This document shows, one piece after another, positions 48,114 to 58,026 of a DNA stretch of 64,000 bases. Source of the stretch: Nanobdellota archaeon (lineage in GTDB: Archaea > Nanobdellota > Nanobdellia > Pacearchaeales > GW2011-AR1); NCBI GenBank assembly GCA_038045705.1, contig JBBSXO010000006.1, positions 44,506 through 108,505 of the forward strand. The letters run 5' to 3'. The notes under the pieces are model-generated. The model was not told where the DNA came from. It did no database searches and was given only the letters and a program-made list of their open reading frames with translations. Numbering within the stretch: the stretch's first letter is position 1; each line of letters begins with the position of its first letter. The position numbers and the translations under genes were made by a program.

Positions 48114-48542
48114 ATGACTACAAAAAACACAATCCGTAATTCAGATAGATCAAAGTTAAATAAACATAAGAAGACCATTTTAGAGCATTATTTATCTAGC
48201 TTTAATTCAGAACATTTTTGCAATAGGTGTAAGAAAGTCTTGCCCTTGCCAGAACTTGAGATACATCATCTTAGCTATGAAACTGAAAGTTATCGCTATG
48301 GAGAAATAGTTTGCAGACCTTGTCATGAGGCTACCGAAAAAGGTATTATTTCTTCTTTTCATGAGCAAAAAAACACAGGTATTCAGAATGTCTTTGTATT
48401 TCAGAAATATTTATCTGGAATGGCAATTATCTCTAGATTAGAAGACGGAAGAATCTTGCAGAGGATGAGATTAAGACTTAGAGCTGGGGAAGAAGTAAAA
48501 CCATTAGTTTTAATGGGGATTTTTACAGATAGAAAGATATAA
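48114..48542 (+). CDS. HNH endonuclease domain protein
   Basis: CNRCKKVLP...EIHHLSYETESYRYGEIVCRPCHEA (Cys4 plus HH...N/H pattern of the HNH fold). Confidence 0.5.
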   Translation: MTTKNTIRNSDRSKLNKHKKTILEHYLSSFNSEHFCNRCKKVLPLPELEIHHLSYETESYRYGEIVCRPCHEATEKGIISSFHEQKNTGIQNVFVFQKYLSGMAIISRLEDGRILQRMRLRLRAGEEVKPLVLMGIFTDRKI

Positions 48543-48566
48543 ATTAGGTTTCTTGATAGAGTTTTC

Positions 48567-48872
48567 ATGGAAATTGTTAAACAAATATTGGCAACAGTTC
48601 TATTTTTAGCAATGGCTTATGTTGCCTTTGATGTAAGCTTATTATTTTTTATTTTCTTCATTTTAGGTGGAATATATTCTCTGATATTTCATGATGCTTG
48701 GGAAAGACCAGGGGTTCCAATTTTATGGTTTGCTGGAGGGCTTATTTGTAGAGTAGCTTTATCAGGAATATTGCTTCCAATCTTGAAATATGAAAATTTA
48801 ATAGATCTAGTTATAGGATTATTTGCTTTCGGAGTAGTTTATTTAATAGGTCACAGAGTTAGGAATGGATGA
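48567..48872 (+). CDS. small membrane protein
   Basis: 101 aa, three TM helices. Confidence 0.3.
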   Translation: MEIVKQILATVLFLAMAYVAFDVSLLFFIFFILGGIYSLIFHDAWERPGVPILWFAGGLICRVALSGILLPILKYENLIDLVIGLFAFGVVYLIGHRVRNG

Positions 48873-49457
48873 ATGATGCCTAAAACCTTTGAAAAACAAC
48901 AACTAACAATAAATTGGATTTTAGTAGGCATAGCTATAATTGGACTATATTTCACACACCTTCAAATTAATATAAATGATCAAAATACTAAGTTATATGA
49001 ACAGACTGTAAGACCAAATATAAAAATAAGTTCTTACAATCTTGACAGTAACCTTGAGGTTTATTATCGGAATAGAATTTCTGCTATAAATCTAGATAAT
49101 TCTTCTGGTACGGTTCTTAATTTTTTCATTACCAATATCGGAAAAATTGATGCTAAATGGGTTTCCATTATGATAAATAATTCATGGGCATCAAATATCC
49201 GTTTAAATTTTGATAACATATCTTCAGGAGAAACCGAATTTGGACAGATAATCATGACTACAAGAGAGTGCCAAGATTGGAACATATTTGGAAAATCTGA
49301 AGGAAAAAGTTTAGATTCTTGCAAAGCAAGTGAGAATAATATAAGTTTAGGAAAGGAAAATATAGAACTTAAAATAGAATGTATAAATTGCGACCCTCCA
49401 ACCCAATATCAAGATTTAGAAGTTTGCTTTGAAAGTATTAATAACAATATTTGCTAA
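48873..49457 (+). CDS. membrane-anchored secreted protein, hypothetical
   Basis: N-terminal TM, Asn-rich ectodomain with six Cys. Confidence 0.3.
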   Translation: MMPKTFEKQQLTINWILVGIAIIGLYFTHLQININDQNTKLYEQTVRPNIKISSYNLDSNLEVYYRNRISAINLDNSSGTVLNFFITNIGKIDAKWVSIMINNSWASNIRLNFDNISSGETEFGQIIMTTRECQDWNIFGKSEGKSLDSCKASENNISLGKENIELKIECINCDPPTQYQDLEVCFESINNNIC

Positions 49458-49568
49458 AATCAAAGGATTAGGTTTATACAAGTCGTTTAAAAAATATCAA
49501 AAATGCCACAAAACTAATAAATAAAATGAATGGACAAGACTTAATTACATCTAAATGTTAGAGAAAAT

Positions 49569-50600
49569 ATGCCTCAGAAAACTATGATCTATGAAATAAA
49601 AGAAATGAAACAACAAGAAAATAATAAATCTGTTAGTCATAAGTATAGACTTATAGGTGTAATTATAGGGGCAATTATTAGTGCTATATTTTTAGTTTCC
49701 ATCCTAATGAGTAATCCATTTAGTATCCAAAATCTTATGTTTGGAGCAATACCTTTTATTATTTGGATAATCTTAGGATTATATATTGGGCACTCTATAG
49801 AAAGAAAACATTATAGGACTTTGATGGTTTTCTCAATATTTTTTATTATTCCAATCATACTTAATCTTGCTGGTCCAGTAAATGAATTTATTTATCCTGA
49901 AAGCACTTTTAGTGAGAAGATTACTATAAGATTTGATTCTGTTAACTCAGACAATAAATCCTATGTTAATTATGATAATCCCCTTTTGGATAGTACTGCT
50001 GTTTGGAATTCAGTTTATAATGCAACAGTAATTAAAGATGGCTATGTCGATGGGGTTGGTGATAAAAAATACTTCTTAACCAAAGGTACTAAAATAACTC
50101 TAGAAAAGGGTGATGGAAATATTAGTAAAATTTATAATAATTACATTAAAACAGGCGTAGAGCCAAAATTGGCAGAGAATTATATCCAACAAAGCTATGG
50201 GAGTCGTACACCACCAATAATTGGAGAAAATTATGAAGTGATACTGTTTAGTGGGGATGGCAAATCATTTTCCTTCCAACATTATGTGGATGATAAAGGT
50301 CTAACTCTATCACAAGAGTATGGTAAAAAAACAGCCTTGTCTAATGGCTTATTTTCTCTTGTTATTCTATCAACTCCAATTTATGTTTTTACTTACGGCT
50401 TTTTTATATGGTATATGTTTTTAATAATGACTTATGGTTTAGGACTAATCTTTATTATTTTGGGGTTATTTATCACAAATTGGGCATCTAAAGATCACGT
50501 GGGAAATATAAGAAGAATTGATTTCTTAATAATTTTCTTACAATATCTAACTTGTTTGGGAACGATTATTACTTTAACGGGCATATTACCAACTTGGTAA
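49569..50600 (+). CDS. membrane protein, hypothetical
   Basis: N-terminal 3 TM and C-terminal 3 TM flanking a soluble domain. Last gene before the attR repeat. Confidence 0.3.
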   Translation: MPQKTMIYEIKEMKQQENNKSVSHKYRLIGVIIGAIISAIFLVSILMSNPFSIQNLMFGAIPFIIWIILGLYIGHSIERKHYRTLMVFSIFFIIPIILNLAGPVNEFIYPESTFSEKITIRFDSVNSDNKSYVNYDNPLLDSTAVWNSVYNATVIKDGYVDGVGDKKYFLTKGTKITLEKGDGNISKIYNNYIKTGVEPKLAENYIQQSYGSRTPPIIGENYEVILFSGDGKSFSFQHYVDDKGLTLSQEYGKKTALSNGLFSLVILSTPIYVFTYGFFIWYMFLIMTYGLGLIFIILGLFITNWASKDHVGNIRRIDFLIIFLQYLTCLGTIITLTGILPTW

Positions 50601-50734
50601 GACAGAGGCGACTTCTGACTTTTCTAATCAATCACTTTCATCTAGACAAAACTTATAAACTCTGCAAGTCTTTAGAATGTTGTATAAAACTTGTACATAA
50701 AACATTCCACTCTAATCGCAAAACGGGGAGTATG

Positions 50735-50747
50735 CCGGGACGGGCGT
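50735..50747 (+). repeat. attR core: 13-bp direct repeat CCGGGACGGGCGT
   Basis: Identical to tRNA-Asp positions 21067-21079. An imperfect inverted copy ACGCCCTGCCCGGGC lies at 50823-50837. Confidence 0.55.
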
Positions 50748-50909
50748 AAGCCTATTGTGGCATTTTCTAGAGACTGTAAAAACTATTTTGCGAGAGTCCC
50801 AGCAAAATACCAAGATGGTGGTACGCCCTGCCCGGGCTGAATCCCATTCTGGTATTTTCAAGAAACTCACAAGATAGCTCATTAGGTAGCAGTCGCTTTT
50901 TTAAGCGAT

Positions 50910-52082
50910 TTGATACGGAAGAGCATGAAAATAGACCCATACAACCACGAAGAAAAATACAAAGCTTGGAGAGAAAGAGTTACCAATGGTATTCCCGATA
51001 TTTCCAAACAAAATTCTGATTTAATACTGACTTATCTGAAAGATATGGAACTAGGAATAAATATTGGAAATGGTAGCACTAAAGGTGCTAGAGGCTATAA
51101 CAGATTAAATTCCTTAAGGGATAAACTATGTTTCTTCTCAAAACAATTTAAGTCGCATTTTGATATAGATAATATAACAACCATTTCTGAAGACCAGTTA
51201 GTTGGTTTCTTTGCAAAAATGACTTCAGGTGATATCAAACGTATAGATGGAAAAACTTACACATCAGTAGATACCTATTCCAAAATCTTTAGAGCATTTT
51301 GGCATTGGTGGCAAAAAGTAAATCGTAAAAAAGGAGTCGATATTAAGGATATAACTACAGACTTAGATACGAGACAAAAAAAGCCAAAATGGGTATACAT
51401 GACTGAAGAAGAAGTCAAGAAATTAACAGAAAACGCTCGTTTCGATTATAAGGTGCTAATCTATTTCTTGTTTGATTCTGGAATCAGATCTCCTACGGAG
51501 TTAGTTAATGTAAAAGTTTCAGATTTATTCAATAACTATAAAGAAATGAACATTAGAGAGGAAGCAAGTAAAACATTTGGTAGAAGAATAAAGCTTATGA
51601 TCTGTTCAGATCTTATAAAGGAATACATAAAATCTAAGAAACTTACTCCAGAGGATCAGTTATTTGATATACATCATGCTACTGTTAATCGTTACCTTAA
51701 ACGCTTAGCAACAAGAGTCTTTGGAGAAAGAGAAAGTCCTGCTGGTGAGAAATATTCAAACCTTACCATGTATGACTTTAGGCATATCTCATGCTGTTAT
51801 TGGCTTCCACGTTACAAATCTGAAAGTGCATTAAAGTATCGCTTTGGCTGGAAAGAATCAGATAAGATCCACTATTATTCTGAATTGTTAGGTATGAGCG
51901 ACACAATAGCGGAAGATGACATGCTTATAGATGTTACAAAAACCGAGATTGAGAAAGAACTGGAGAGATCTAAGAAGGAAAAAGAAATACTTCAAGAAAA
52001 GATGCAGACAATGGAATTACAGATGGTGAAGATAATGGAATTAGTAAAACAATTAACAGTGAATGCTATTCCTCAGACATGA
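50910..52082 (+). CDS. int: tyrosine recombinase / integrase (paralog of 21162-22334)
   Basis: Same boxes as the first integrase (DSGIRSPTELVNV, YDFRHISCCYWL, KIHYYSELLG). About 65% identical to it. Confidence 0.7.
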   Translation: MIRKSMKIDPYNHEEKYKAWRERVTNGIPDISKQNSDLILTYLKDMELGINIGNGSTKGARGYNRLNSLRDKLCFFSKQFKSHFDIDNITTISEDQLVGFFAKMTSGDIKRIDGKTYTSVDTYSKIFRAFWHWWQKVNRKKGVDIKDITTDLDTRQKKPKWVYMTEEEVKKLTENARFDYKVLIYFLFDSGIRSPTELVNVKVSDLFNNYKEMNIREEASKTFGRRIKLMICSDLIKEYIKSKKLTPEDQLFDIHHATVNRYLKRLATRVFGERESPAGEKYSNLTMYDFRHISCCYWLPRYKSESALKYRFGWKESDKIHYYSELLGMSDTIAEDDMLIDVTKTEIEKELERSKKEKEILQEKMQTMELQMVKIMELVKQLTVNAIPQT

Positions 52083-52316
52083 TTGTTTCTAATTAGATTG
52101 AAAAAATTAATAGTTTTTACTTTAATTTCTGCTTTGCTTTTTTTATTGCTTTATCTAGATGTTTTTCTGCTTTTGTAATAGCCTTTTTAGCTTTCTCAAG
52201 TTTTTTAATGTGCATTCTTATTTTAGCAATCTCTTTTTTATCCATTGAATTAGATGGTTTGTTTGTTTAAATAGCTTAACCCTAAAGAATATACCAACCA
52301 ACTTCGATGATTTGAA

Positions 52317-53813
52317 TTAAGAAACCTTATCTTTTAGTTCAAGTAATCCTTTCTTAATTTCATCAACTAAACCCAATGTTTCTTGAAGTATCTCTTTACT
52401 AGGTCTATAAACAATATTTTCTTCTTCATATTTCTTATATTTTGAGATACTTAAGTCAAATTCATTCTCTTTTATCTCGCTAATTGGAACAAAGAAATGT
52501 TTCTTCTTTCGATCTTCATTTGACTGTTCTTTTCTTTTTTTAAAACTCTCAATAATATTTGGAATATCATTTTTATCTGGCTGTTTGGTTCTTTTATCAT
52601 CTAAACTATATCCATCATATTCCATATCATAAAACCATACTCTCTGAGTTGGTTCTCCCTTTGTGAAGAATAAGACTGCAGTAGAAACCCCAGCATATGG
52701 CTTGAATACTCCTGAAGGCATTGAAATAACTGCATCTAACCTGCATTTCTCAAGAAGAAGATTTCTTACATCTTTATGGGACTTGGAATTACCAAATAAA
52801 ACTCCGTCTGGAACTATTACGGCACATCTTCCTCCATTAGCTAGAGAATTATACATTAATTCTAAGAATAGGAGCTCGGTTTTCTTTGTTTTTATTCTGA
52901 AATTATCACTCATTTCAGATTCATCAATAGACCCCTTAAATGGAGGATTTGCTAAAATTAAGTCGTAAGTGTTATCTTCATTGTATCTTTTTGATAATGT
53001 ATTAATTTGTTGTAGATTTGGTCTTGATATACCGTGCATCATTAAGTTCATTAAAGCTATTCTGACCATAGTTTGGTCTATATCATACCCATAAATTGAT
53101 TCTTCATCTAAAAGCTGTTTTTGTTTAGCGTTTAATTTATCCCCTTTGAAATTGTATTCATTTCCTTCTTCATCTTTTTTGATTAAATCTTTAGAGGTAT
53201 TTTGTCTAAGAATATGTTCATAAGCATTAACAAGAAATCCAGCAGTTCCACATGCAGGATCTAAGATTCTATCTCCATATTCAGGGTTTCCCAATTCAAT
53301 CATCATTTTGATTATATGTCTTGGAGTCCTAAACTGACCATTTTTTCCAGCTGTTTGAAGCTCTGATAAAAGAAATTCGTATATATCCCCTTGAGTATCT
53401 GTATTTTGTTCTTTGATATGCATATCATTAATTATCCTTACTGCCTCAATCAATAAAGAGGCAGTGGGTATCTCAAAGTTAGCATTTCGCATATACTTGG
53501 AGTAGTAAGAATCTCCTTTGTCAAGATTTCTTAAAAATGGAAATACTTTATCTCTCACATGGTCACTAATCTTATCTGCTGAATAGTTTGACCACTGAGA
53601 CCATTTGCAGTCTTCATGTCCTTTAAACATGGATTGATGTGGTTCGCCTGTAAGTGTTCCTTCTTGTTGTTTTCGTATGTCTTCATCTTCTAAACGCCTC
53701 ATAAAAATAAGATAGGATATTTGTTCGATTGCTTGGAGAGGATTGCTAATGCCTCCGCTCCAAAACTTATCCCATAATTTCTGGACTTTTGATTTTAGTT
53801 CATTGTGTAACAT
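52317..53813 (-). CDS. hsdM: Type I restriction-modification system methyltransferase subunit
   Basis: HsdM N-domain, motif I DPACGTAGFL and motif IV LANPPF. Confidence 0.8.
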   Translation of the reverse strand: MLHNELKSKVQKLWDKFWSGGISNPLQAIEQISYLIFMRRLEDEDIRKQQEGTLTGEPHQSMFKGHEDCKWSQWSNYSADKISDHVRDKVFPFLRNLDKGDSYYSKYMRNANFEIPTASLLIEAVRIINDMHIKEQNTDTQGDIYEFLLSELQTAGKNGQFRTPRHIIKMMIELGNPEYGDRILDPACGTAGFLVNAYEHILRQNTSKDLIKKDEEGNEYNFKGDKLNAKQKQLLDEESIYGYDIDQTMVRIALMNLMMHGISRPNLQQINTLSKRYNEDNTYDLILANPPFKGSIDESEMSDNFRIKTKKTELLFLELMYNSLANGGRCAVIVPDGVLFGNSKSHKDVRNLLLEKCRLDAVISMPSGVFKPYAGVSTAVLFFTKGEPTQRVWFYDMEYDGYSLDDKRTKQPDKNDIPNIIESFKKRKEQSNEDRKKKHFFVPISEIKENEFDLSISKYKKYEEENIVYRPSKEILQETLGLVDEIKKGLLELKDKVS

Positions 53814-54669
53814 TTGATTTATCCACCTCTTTTAAGAAAGTCTTTTCTATATTTAACTTGATTTCGTTGAAAGTTTTTATCAATACGGGAATTGCTTTTA
53901 CAATTGGAAGATTTTCATTATAATCAAAAAAGTTTAAATTAGAATCTTTGGTGTAAGGATAGCGCGGTGTATTGAAGTGTAAAAATGTTATAAGACTCAA
54001 ATAATGCAGTTTAAAACTAATCATCATGTCAATTACATATTCTTCTAATTTATAACTCTCTATGGAAGCCCTTACGTCTGAATCTCTAATTCTAAATGTC
54101 GTTATTCTAAATAACATATGCTTAATAAAACTAATAAAACTTTTTTCATGCACCCTTTCATTTAAGTTTTTCATAGTCTCTTCTGATTTAAGATTCTTCT
54201 CTGAATTTTTTAAGAATTCAAGAATAAAATTTATATGTGATTCTGATATATTTCTTAATTCATCTTCAGTTTTTTCTAGAGTTTCCAATCCCTTTTTTGA
54301 AACTTCCAAATCAATTTTAACATCATTAATAATATTGCTTACCTCTGTTATATCATTTATATCTTCTTCTTTAATTTCTTTCTTTAGTTTATCTAGAATA
54401 AATGAGTGTTTATAGGCTTCATGGGGGTCTATTCTCCCAATAAATATATAGTAACTCTTAGTTAGCTTCTCAAAAGCTTGTTGCAAGTGATATGCTGAAC
54501 CTGCATAATGCTTTAAATCATATAGTATTTTACATATCTCAATATCATTAGTAGCAATAGTAAGCCACTTTTTAGTAAACTCCATATTTTTTATTGAAGA
54601 CTGTACTCTTTCATCGCTCTTTCTTAGTATTTTTTCCATTAATAATGGGTCAACTTGATATTTTTTCAT
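53800..54669 (-). CDS. hypothetical protein embedded between hsdS and hsdM (helical; possible HEPN-like)
   Basis: 289 aa, all-helical composition. Overlaps both neighbours by 4-14 nt, so it is translationally coupled within the R-M operon. Confidence 0.3.
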   Translation of the reverse strand: MKKYQVDPLLMEKILRKSDERVQSSIKNMEFTKKWLTIATNDIEICKILYDLKHYAGSAYHLQQAFEKLTKSYYIFIGRIDPHEAYKHSFILDKLKKEIKEEDINDITEVSNIINDVKIDLEVSKKGLETLEKTEDELRNISESHINFILEFLKNSEKNLKSEETMKNLNERVHEKSFISFIKHMLFRITTFRIRDSDVRASIESYKLEEYVIDMMISFKLHYLSLITFLHFNTPRYPYTKDSNLNFFDYNENLPIVKAIPVLIKTFNEIKLNIEKTFLKEVDKSNVTQ

Positions 54670-55820
54670 TTTATCAGTTCTCCCCTAAATGCTTTTTGCA
54701 TGAGCGAATCAAATATTTGATTAAGCATTTTGTTTTTTTCTTTCTGTTTTTCTTTTAATCTTTCAACATGTTCAATAATAGAAGAAAATTTTCGTTGAAT
54801 ATTAATTGGAGGCAAACTAAAACTTAAATTTTCTATTATACTCATATTTAGTCCTGGCATAATTGCCCCTCTCATTCGAATATTCAACTGATGTAGCACT
54901 CCAGGGTCAGAATATATTAAATAAGAAATATAGAATGGATCAGCAATATCATTATTTAAAGTAATTGCGACTAAATGTTTTGTGTTGATTGCTAAAGGAA
55001 TGTTTTCTGGAACAACCACCGATCTTCCTACAGTACCCATAATTGTTACCAGCACATCTTTTGGGTGAACTGTATATCTTTTTAGTTTTTCATACTTCTC
55101 TTTAGTAATGTATCTTCTTTCGTCCCAAGAAAAATAATTATTAACAACATTATCAATCCCTAAAACTGCAATACCTTTACTAACAAACTCGGAGTGCAAT
55201 AAGTCGCTACCGAATGGTCCTGTTCTAATACTTCCTTTAGGCTTAGCTAAGACTTCTTTTAGCTTAACTTTTGACCATCTAGAATAATTCAAACTACCTT
55301 TACTAAGAAGCTCGTAAAAAACGCTTTTGAGGTATTCATCAAACAATTCAAGAACCCCTTTCCCATTAATGCTGGCCTTCTCAGATTTTTTTAATAAATT
55401 AATAATTTCTTGCTGAACCCGTATATTAATTGGATAAATAAATTTTATTTTTTCAATATAACTTTTAGATATGTGCTTTAGTCCTGCGCCTTTGAAACCC
55501 CTCTCTAAAATATGCATTTTTGATTTAAGATAATAATAAATATACTCTGTTAAGACTTTGTCTTTTATACTAACGACAAAACAATCGTTAGAAGCTGAGA
55601 ACCTTTCATTGCAGTAATGAACTCCAGCCTGGCCTCCGCTTGAAAAGATTAAATGTTCCCCATCAAAATCAAATTCATTGATTTTCTTACTTTGAACATT
55701 ACTTGAAGTAAAAAACTTATATTTTCCATCTTCTAAACCTTCTCCGGCTTTCCTTCCTGTTCTACTTTGAAAAGAAAGTATTACTCCTAACTCAATTTCT
55801 TGCCAATTAGTATTTTTCAT
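54666..55820 (-). CDS. hsdS: Type I restriction-modification system specificity subunit
   Basis: Two target-recognition-domain halves and a conserved C-terminal LPPINIQRKFSSIIEHVERLKEKQKE...LMQKAFRGEL. Confidence 0.7.
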   Translation of the reverse strand: MKNTNWQEIELGVILSFQSRTGRKAGEGLEDGKYKFFTSSNVQSKKINEFDFDGEHLIFSSGGQAGVHYCNERFSASNDCFVVSIKDKVLTEYIYYYLKSKMHILERGFKGAGLKHISKSYIEKIKFIYPINIRVQQEIINLLKKSEKASINGKGVLELFDEYLKSVFYELLSKGSLNYSRWSKVKLKEVLAKPKGSIRTGPFGSDLLHSEFVSKGIAVLGIDNVVNNYFSWDERRYITKEKYEKLKRYTVHPKDVLVTIMGTVGRSVVVPENIPLAINTKHLVAITLNNDIADPFYISYLIYSDPGVLHQLNIRMRGAIMPGLNMSIIENLSFSLPPINIQRKFSSIIEHVERLKEKQKEKNKMLNQIFDSLMQKAFRGELIK

Positions 55821-56404
55821 TTAAAGCTTTTTATTACCTCATTATTAATATAAACTAAGTTATTAATTAATATGAAATAGCGTTGAAGAACAACTATAAA
55901 TTCATTTTTTAGCGATAGATAAAGAGATGTTTTTTCTATACTGTCATGAATTTCCTTCTGTCCTTCCGTTCTATGAGAAAACTTTCCATAAAGAAATATT
56001 TCCAATATTTCTCTATTTGTATAATTCTTAATATTTATGCTGTAATTAGTCGAGACTTTTAGAAATTTATCTATATCAGACATTTCTTTTCCAAACATTT
56101 TTCTTTCTTTATCACATACAATAGTTGATTGATAGAAGAGATTTAACTTTTCAACCTTGAGAGAATCGTTCTTTTGTATAAACTTTCTAAGATCATTGCA
56201 AAACGCTTTAATAGACTCGTCATCTGGCCCTCTTAGCTCAGTTCTAAGTAATTTATCTAATGCATTCCATTTTATTGTTACTCCCGATCCATTTAATTTA
56301 TCTTTAAAGCTTAAATCAAATATTTCTTGAGCTTCTTTATTGAACTCTATAAATTTGGCGATTATTTCATCTTTTGTTTTAACTGGCTTTGTCATATTAC
56401 TCAC
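55817..56404 (-). CDS. hypothetical protein embedded in Type I R-M operon
   Basis: 195 aa, no motif. 4-nt overlaps with its neighbours. Confidence 0.3.
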   Translation of the reverse strand: MSNMTKPVKTKDEIIAKFIEFNKEAQEIFDLSFKDKLNGSGVTIKWNALDKLLRTELRGPDDESIKAFCNDLRKFIQKNDSLKVEKLNLFYQSTIVCDKERKMFGKEMSDIDKFLKVSTNYSINIKNYTNREILEIFLYGKFSHRTEGQKEIHDSIEKTSLYLSLKNEFIVVLQRYFILINNLVYINNEVIKSFK

Positions 56405-57383
56405 CCTTCGCTTTTAGTTTAACATATAAAGGAAATATTTTCTTTTCCTTTTTTATGAATAGAATAACTTCTTGAAGTATCTGTTTGTTCTGCTTTTTTG
56501 CTATTTTTTGATACTCTTCTATGAAGTATTTTGGTAGGGAAAAGAAACCCCAGTTTTGAGATCTTAAATTTAGACTTCTCTTCAGAGTTACTTGATTCTC
56601 ATTCTTTACATAAATAACTTCTTTTTGTTTCATTGTTGGATTTATTTTTACTTTTCCTTTAGTAAGAAAGTGAATTGGCCACAGATTGTCAAGTATTCCA
56701 AAATAAGAATTTATTGGTTTTATAAGCTTCTTTAGTTTCTCCATTGCAGTTTTATAATTATCTTTAGTAACGTTTGATGGTAGTTTATCAAAGTCGTCTA
56801 AGGTCTTTATATTCCAAACCTGTTGCTTCGTCAATTCTTTATAATTTATTTCCTTGGTTAAAGAGTTCATTCTTTTTCTTAAGTCCTCAATTATCTGAAA
56901 ATTTTCGTAAGAAACAAAATATATTCCGTGTGACCACATTAATGCTTGAGCGTTTTTTGCAAAGCCTGATGTCGAATAGAAAACTGGGATATAACTATAT
57001 CTTTTCTCATCAAATATCTGAGAGTATTTGGTTCTTGATCTGCTTTTTGTGTTAATCCTTGAATATTGGGATATATCGATGAAAGCTCCTAAAAACTCCC
57101 TTACTTGCTTTATCTGGATTGGTGTTGAATAATTCTTGGCCTCTCCAACCAAAAGGAAAGGGTATGAAAATGGAAGAGTTATCGGAAACTCTCCTATGAA
57201 GTCAGGATCATAAGTTCCACCCCTCCCATGAAGTCTCTTTTTTGTTTTTGATTGTGTCATTTGACCAACTTGGGCATTTAAATCAAAGCCTGCCTGCTCT
57301 ATCCAGTCTCTGAGAATAAACTCAAACAATTTACCTCTTACCGCATTCTGTTTGTAAGTAATTTGAGGATTACGCCTTACCAT
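56397..57383 (-). CDS. PD-(D/E)xK restriction-endonuclease-like protein embedded in R-M operon
   Basis: DPDFIGE...FLLVGEAKNY (D ... E-x-K) typical of the Mrr-cat/PD-(D/E)xK fold. Length 328 aa. Confidence 0.35.
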   Translation of the reverse strand: MVRRNPQITYKQNAVRGKLFEFILRDWIEQAGFDLNAQVGQMTQSKTKKRLHGRGGTYDPDFIGEFPITLPFSYPFLLVGEAKNYSTPIQIKQVREFLGAFIDISQYSRINTKSRSRTKYSQIFDEKRYSYIPVFYSTSGFAKNAQALMWSHGIYFVSYENFQIIEDLRKRMNSLTKEINYKELTKQQVWNIKTLDDFDKLPSNVTKDNYKTAMEKLKKLIKPINSYFGILDNLWPIHFLTKGKVKINPTMKQKEVIYVKNENQVTLKRSLNLRSQNWGFFSLPKYFIEEYQKIAKKQNKQILQEVILFIKKEKKIFPLYVKLKAKGE

Positions 57384-58026
57384 CTTTAACCTCCAAAACT
57401 AGAATTGAATCGGTGTCTAGGTACTTGATCTTGTTAACACTTCTTATAGTAATATCAACTTTGCCAATTTCTTTTGCAGGCTTAATTAGTATATCTAGCG
57501 TTCCATTGCCAAAGAGTTCTCTTTCCCAGATAATCGCATTCTTGCCGATTATTATTATTTTATTGTCTAAAACTTTCTCAGGAACAATAATTATTCTATT
57601 TCCGTAATCCAAGCGAGGTACTCTTTCCTCATAATCAATTCTGCGCATTAATTTTGTAAACACTTCAACATAAAACTTGTTAGAAAGAAGGATATAAGAA
57701 TTATTAGATTCAATATATTTTGGAAATTCTGTAATGTCCTCTTTAACTTCAATTTTTTTAATTTGTTTATTATCAATTATTGTCTGGATAAGAAAATCTC
57801 TCTCACCCATAGCAACCATCATACCTGCACTAGGCAATGACGGATGAAAACTAGGATCAATAAAAATATCATCTTCTATTACCGGTCTTATTCCTATTTG
57901 AATGAAAGAACCGTCTGTCTTTTCAGTTGTCCTCACTGTTGCAATATCTTCGATGACCAGGCTTCGACTATAATCTTCAGTTGTCAACCTGATAAATTCT
58001 GCTATTTTTTCCTGATTATAAATCAT
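57370..58026 (-). CDS. hypothetical protein embedded in R-M operon
   Basis: 218 aa, no motif. Overlaps its neighbours. Confidence 0.3.
   Translation of the reverse strand: MIYNQEKIAEFIRLTTEDYSRSLVIEDIATVRTTEKTDGSFIQIGIRPVIEDDIFIDPSFHPSLPSAGMMVAMGERDFLIQTIIDNKQIKKIEVKEDITEFPKYIESNNSYILLSNKFYVEVFTKLMRRIDYEERVPRLDYGNRIIIVPEKVLDNKIIIIGKNAIIWERELFGNGTLDILIKPAKEIGKVDITIRSVNKIKYLDTDSILVLEVKDGKA

Larger units (their letters stand above)
21079..50747. mobile_element. integrated element (~29.7 kb) inserted at tRNA-Asp; integrase, orphan MTase, conjugation-like module, surface-protein cluster, nucleotide-enzyme cluster
   Basis: tRNA-Asp, then a tyrosine integrase 84 bp downstream, then a 13-bp direct repeat of the tRNA 3' end at 50735-50747. 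The span contains a VirB4-like ATPase, MT-A70 methyltransferase, RHH protein and HNH/DUF4238 genes. Confidence 0.55.

Noticed and set aside
50552-50749. 65-aa ORF spanning the attR repeat
   Set aside because: It crosses the element boundary and the direct repeat, and has no start context, so it is unlikely to be real.
52130-52252. Small ~40-aa Lys-rich coiled-coil ORF on the minus strand between int2 and hsdM
   Set aside because: It is too short and low-complexity to support a call and may be noncoding leader. It is mentioned only because the 235-bp gap is otherwise empty.
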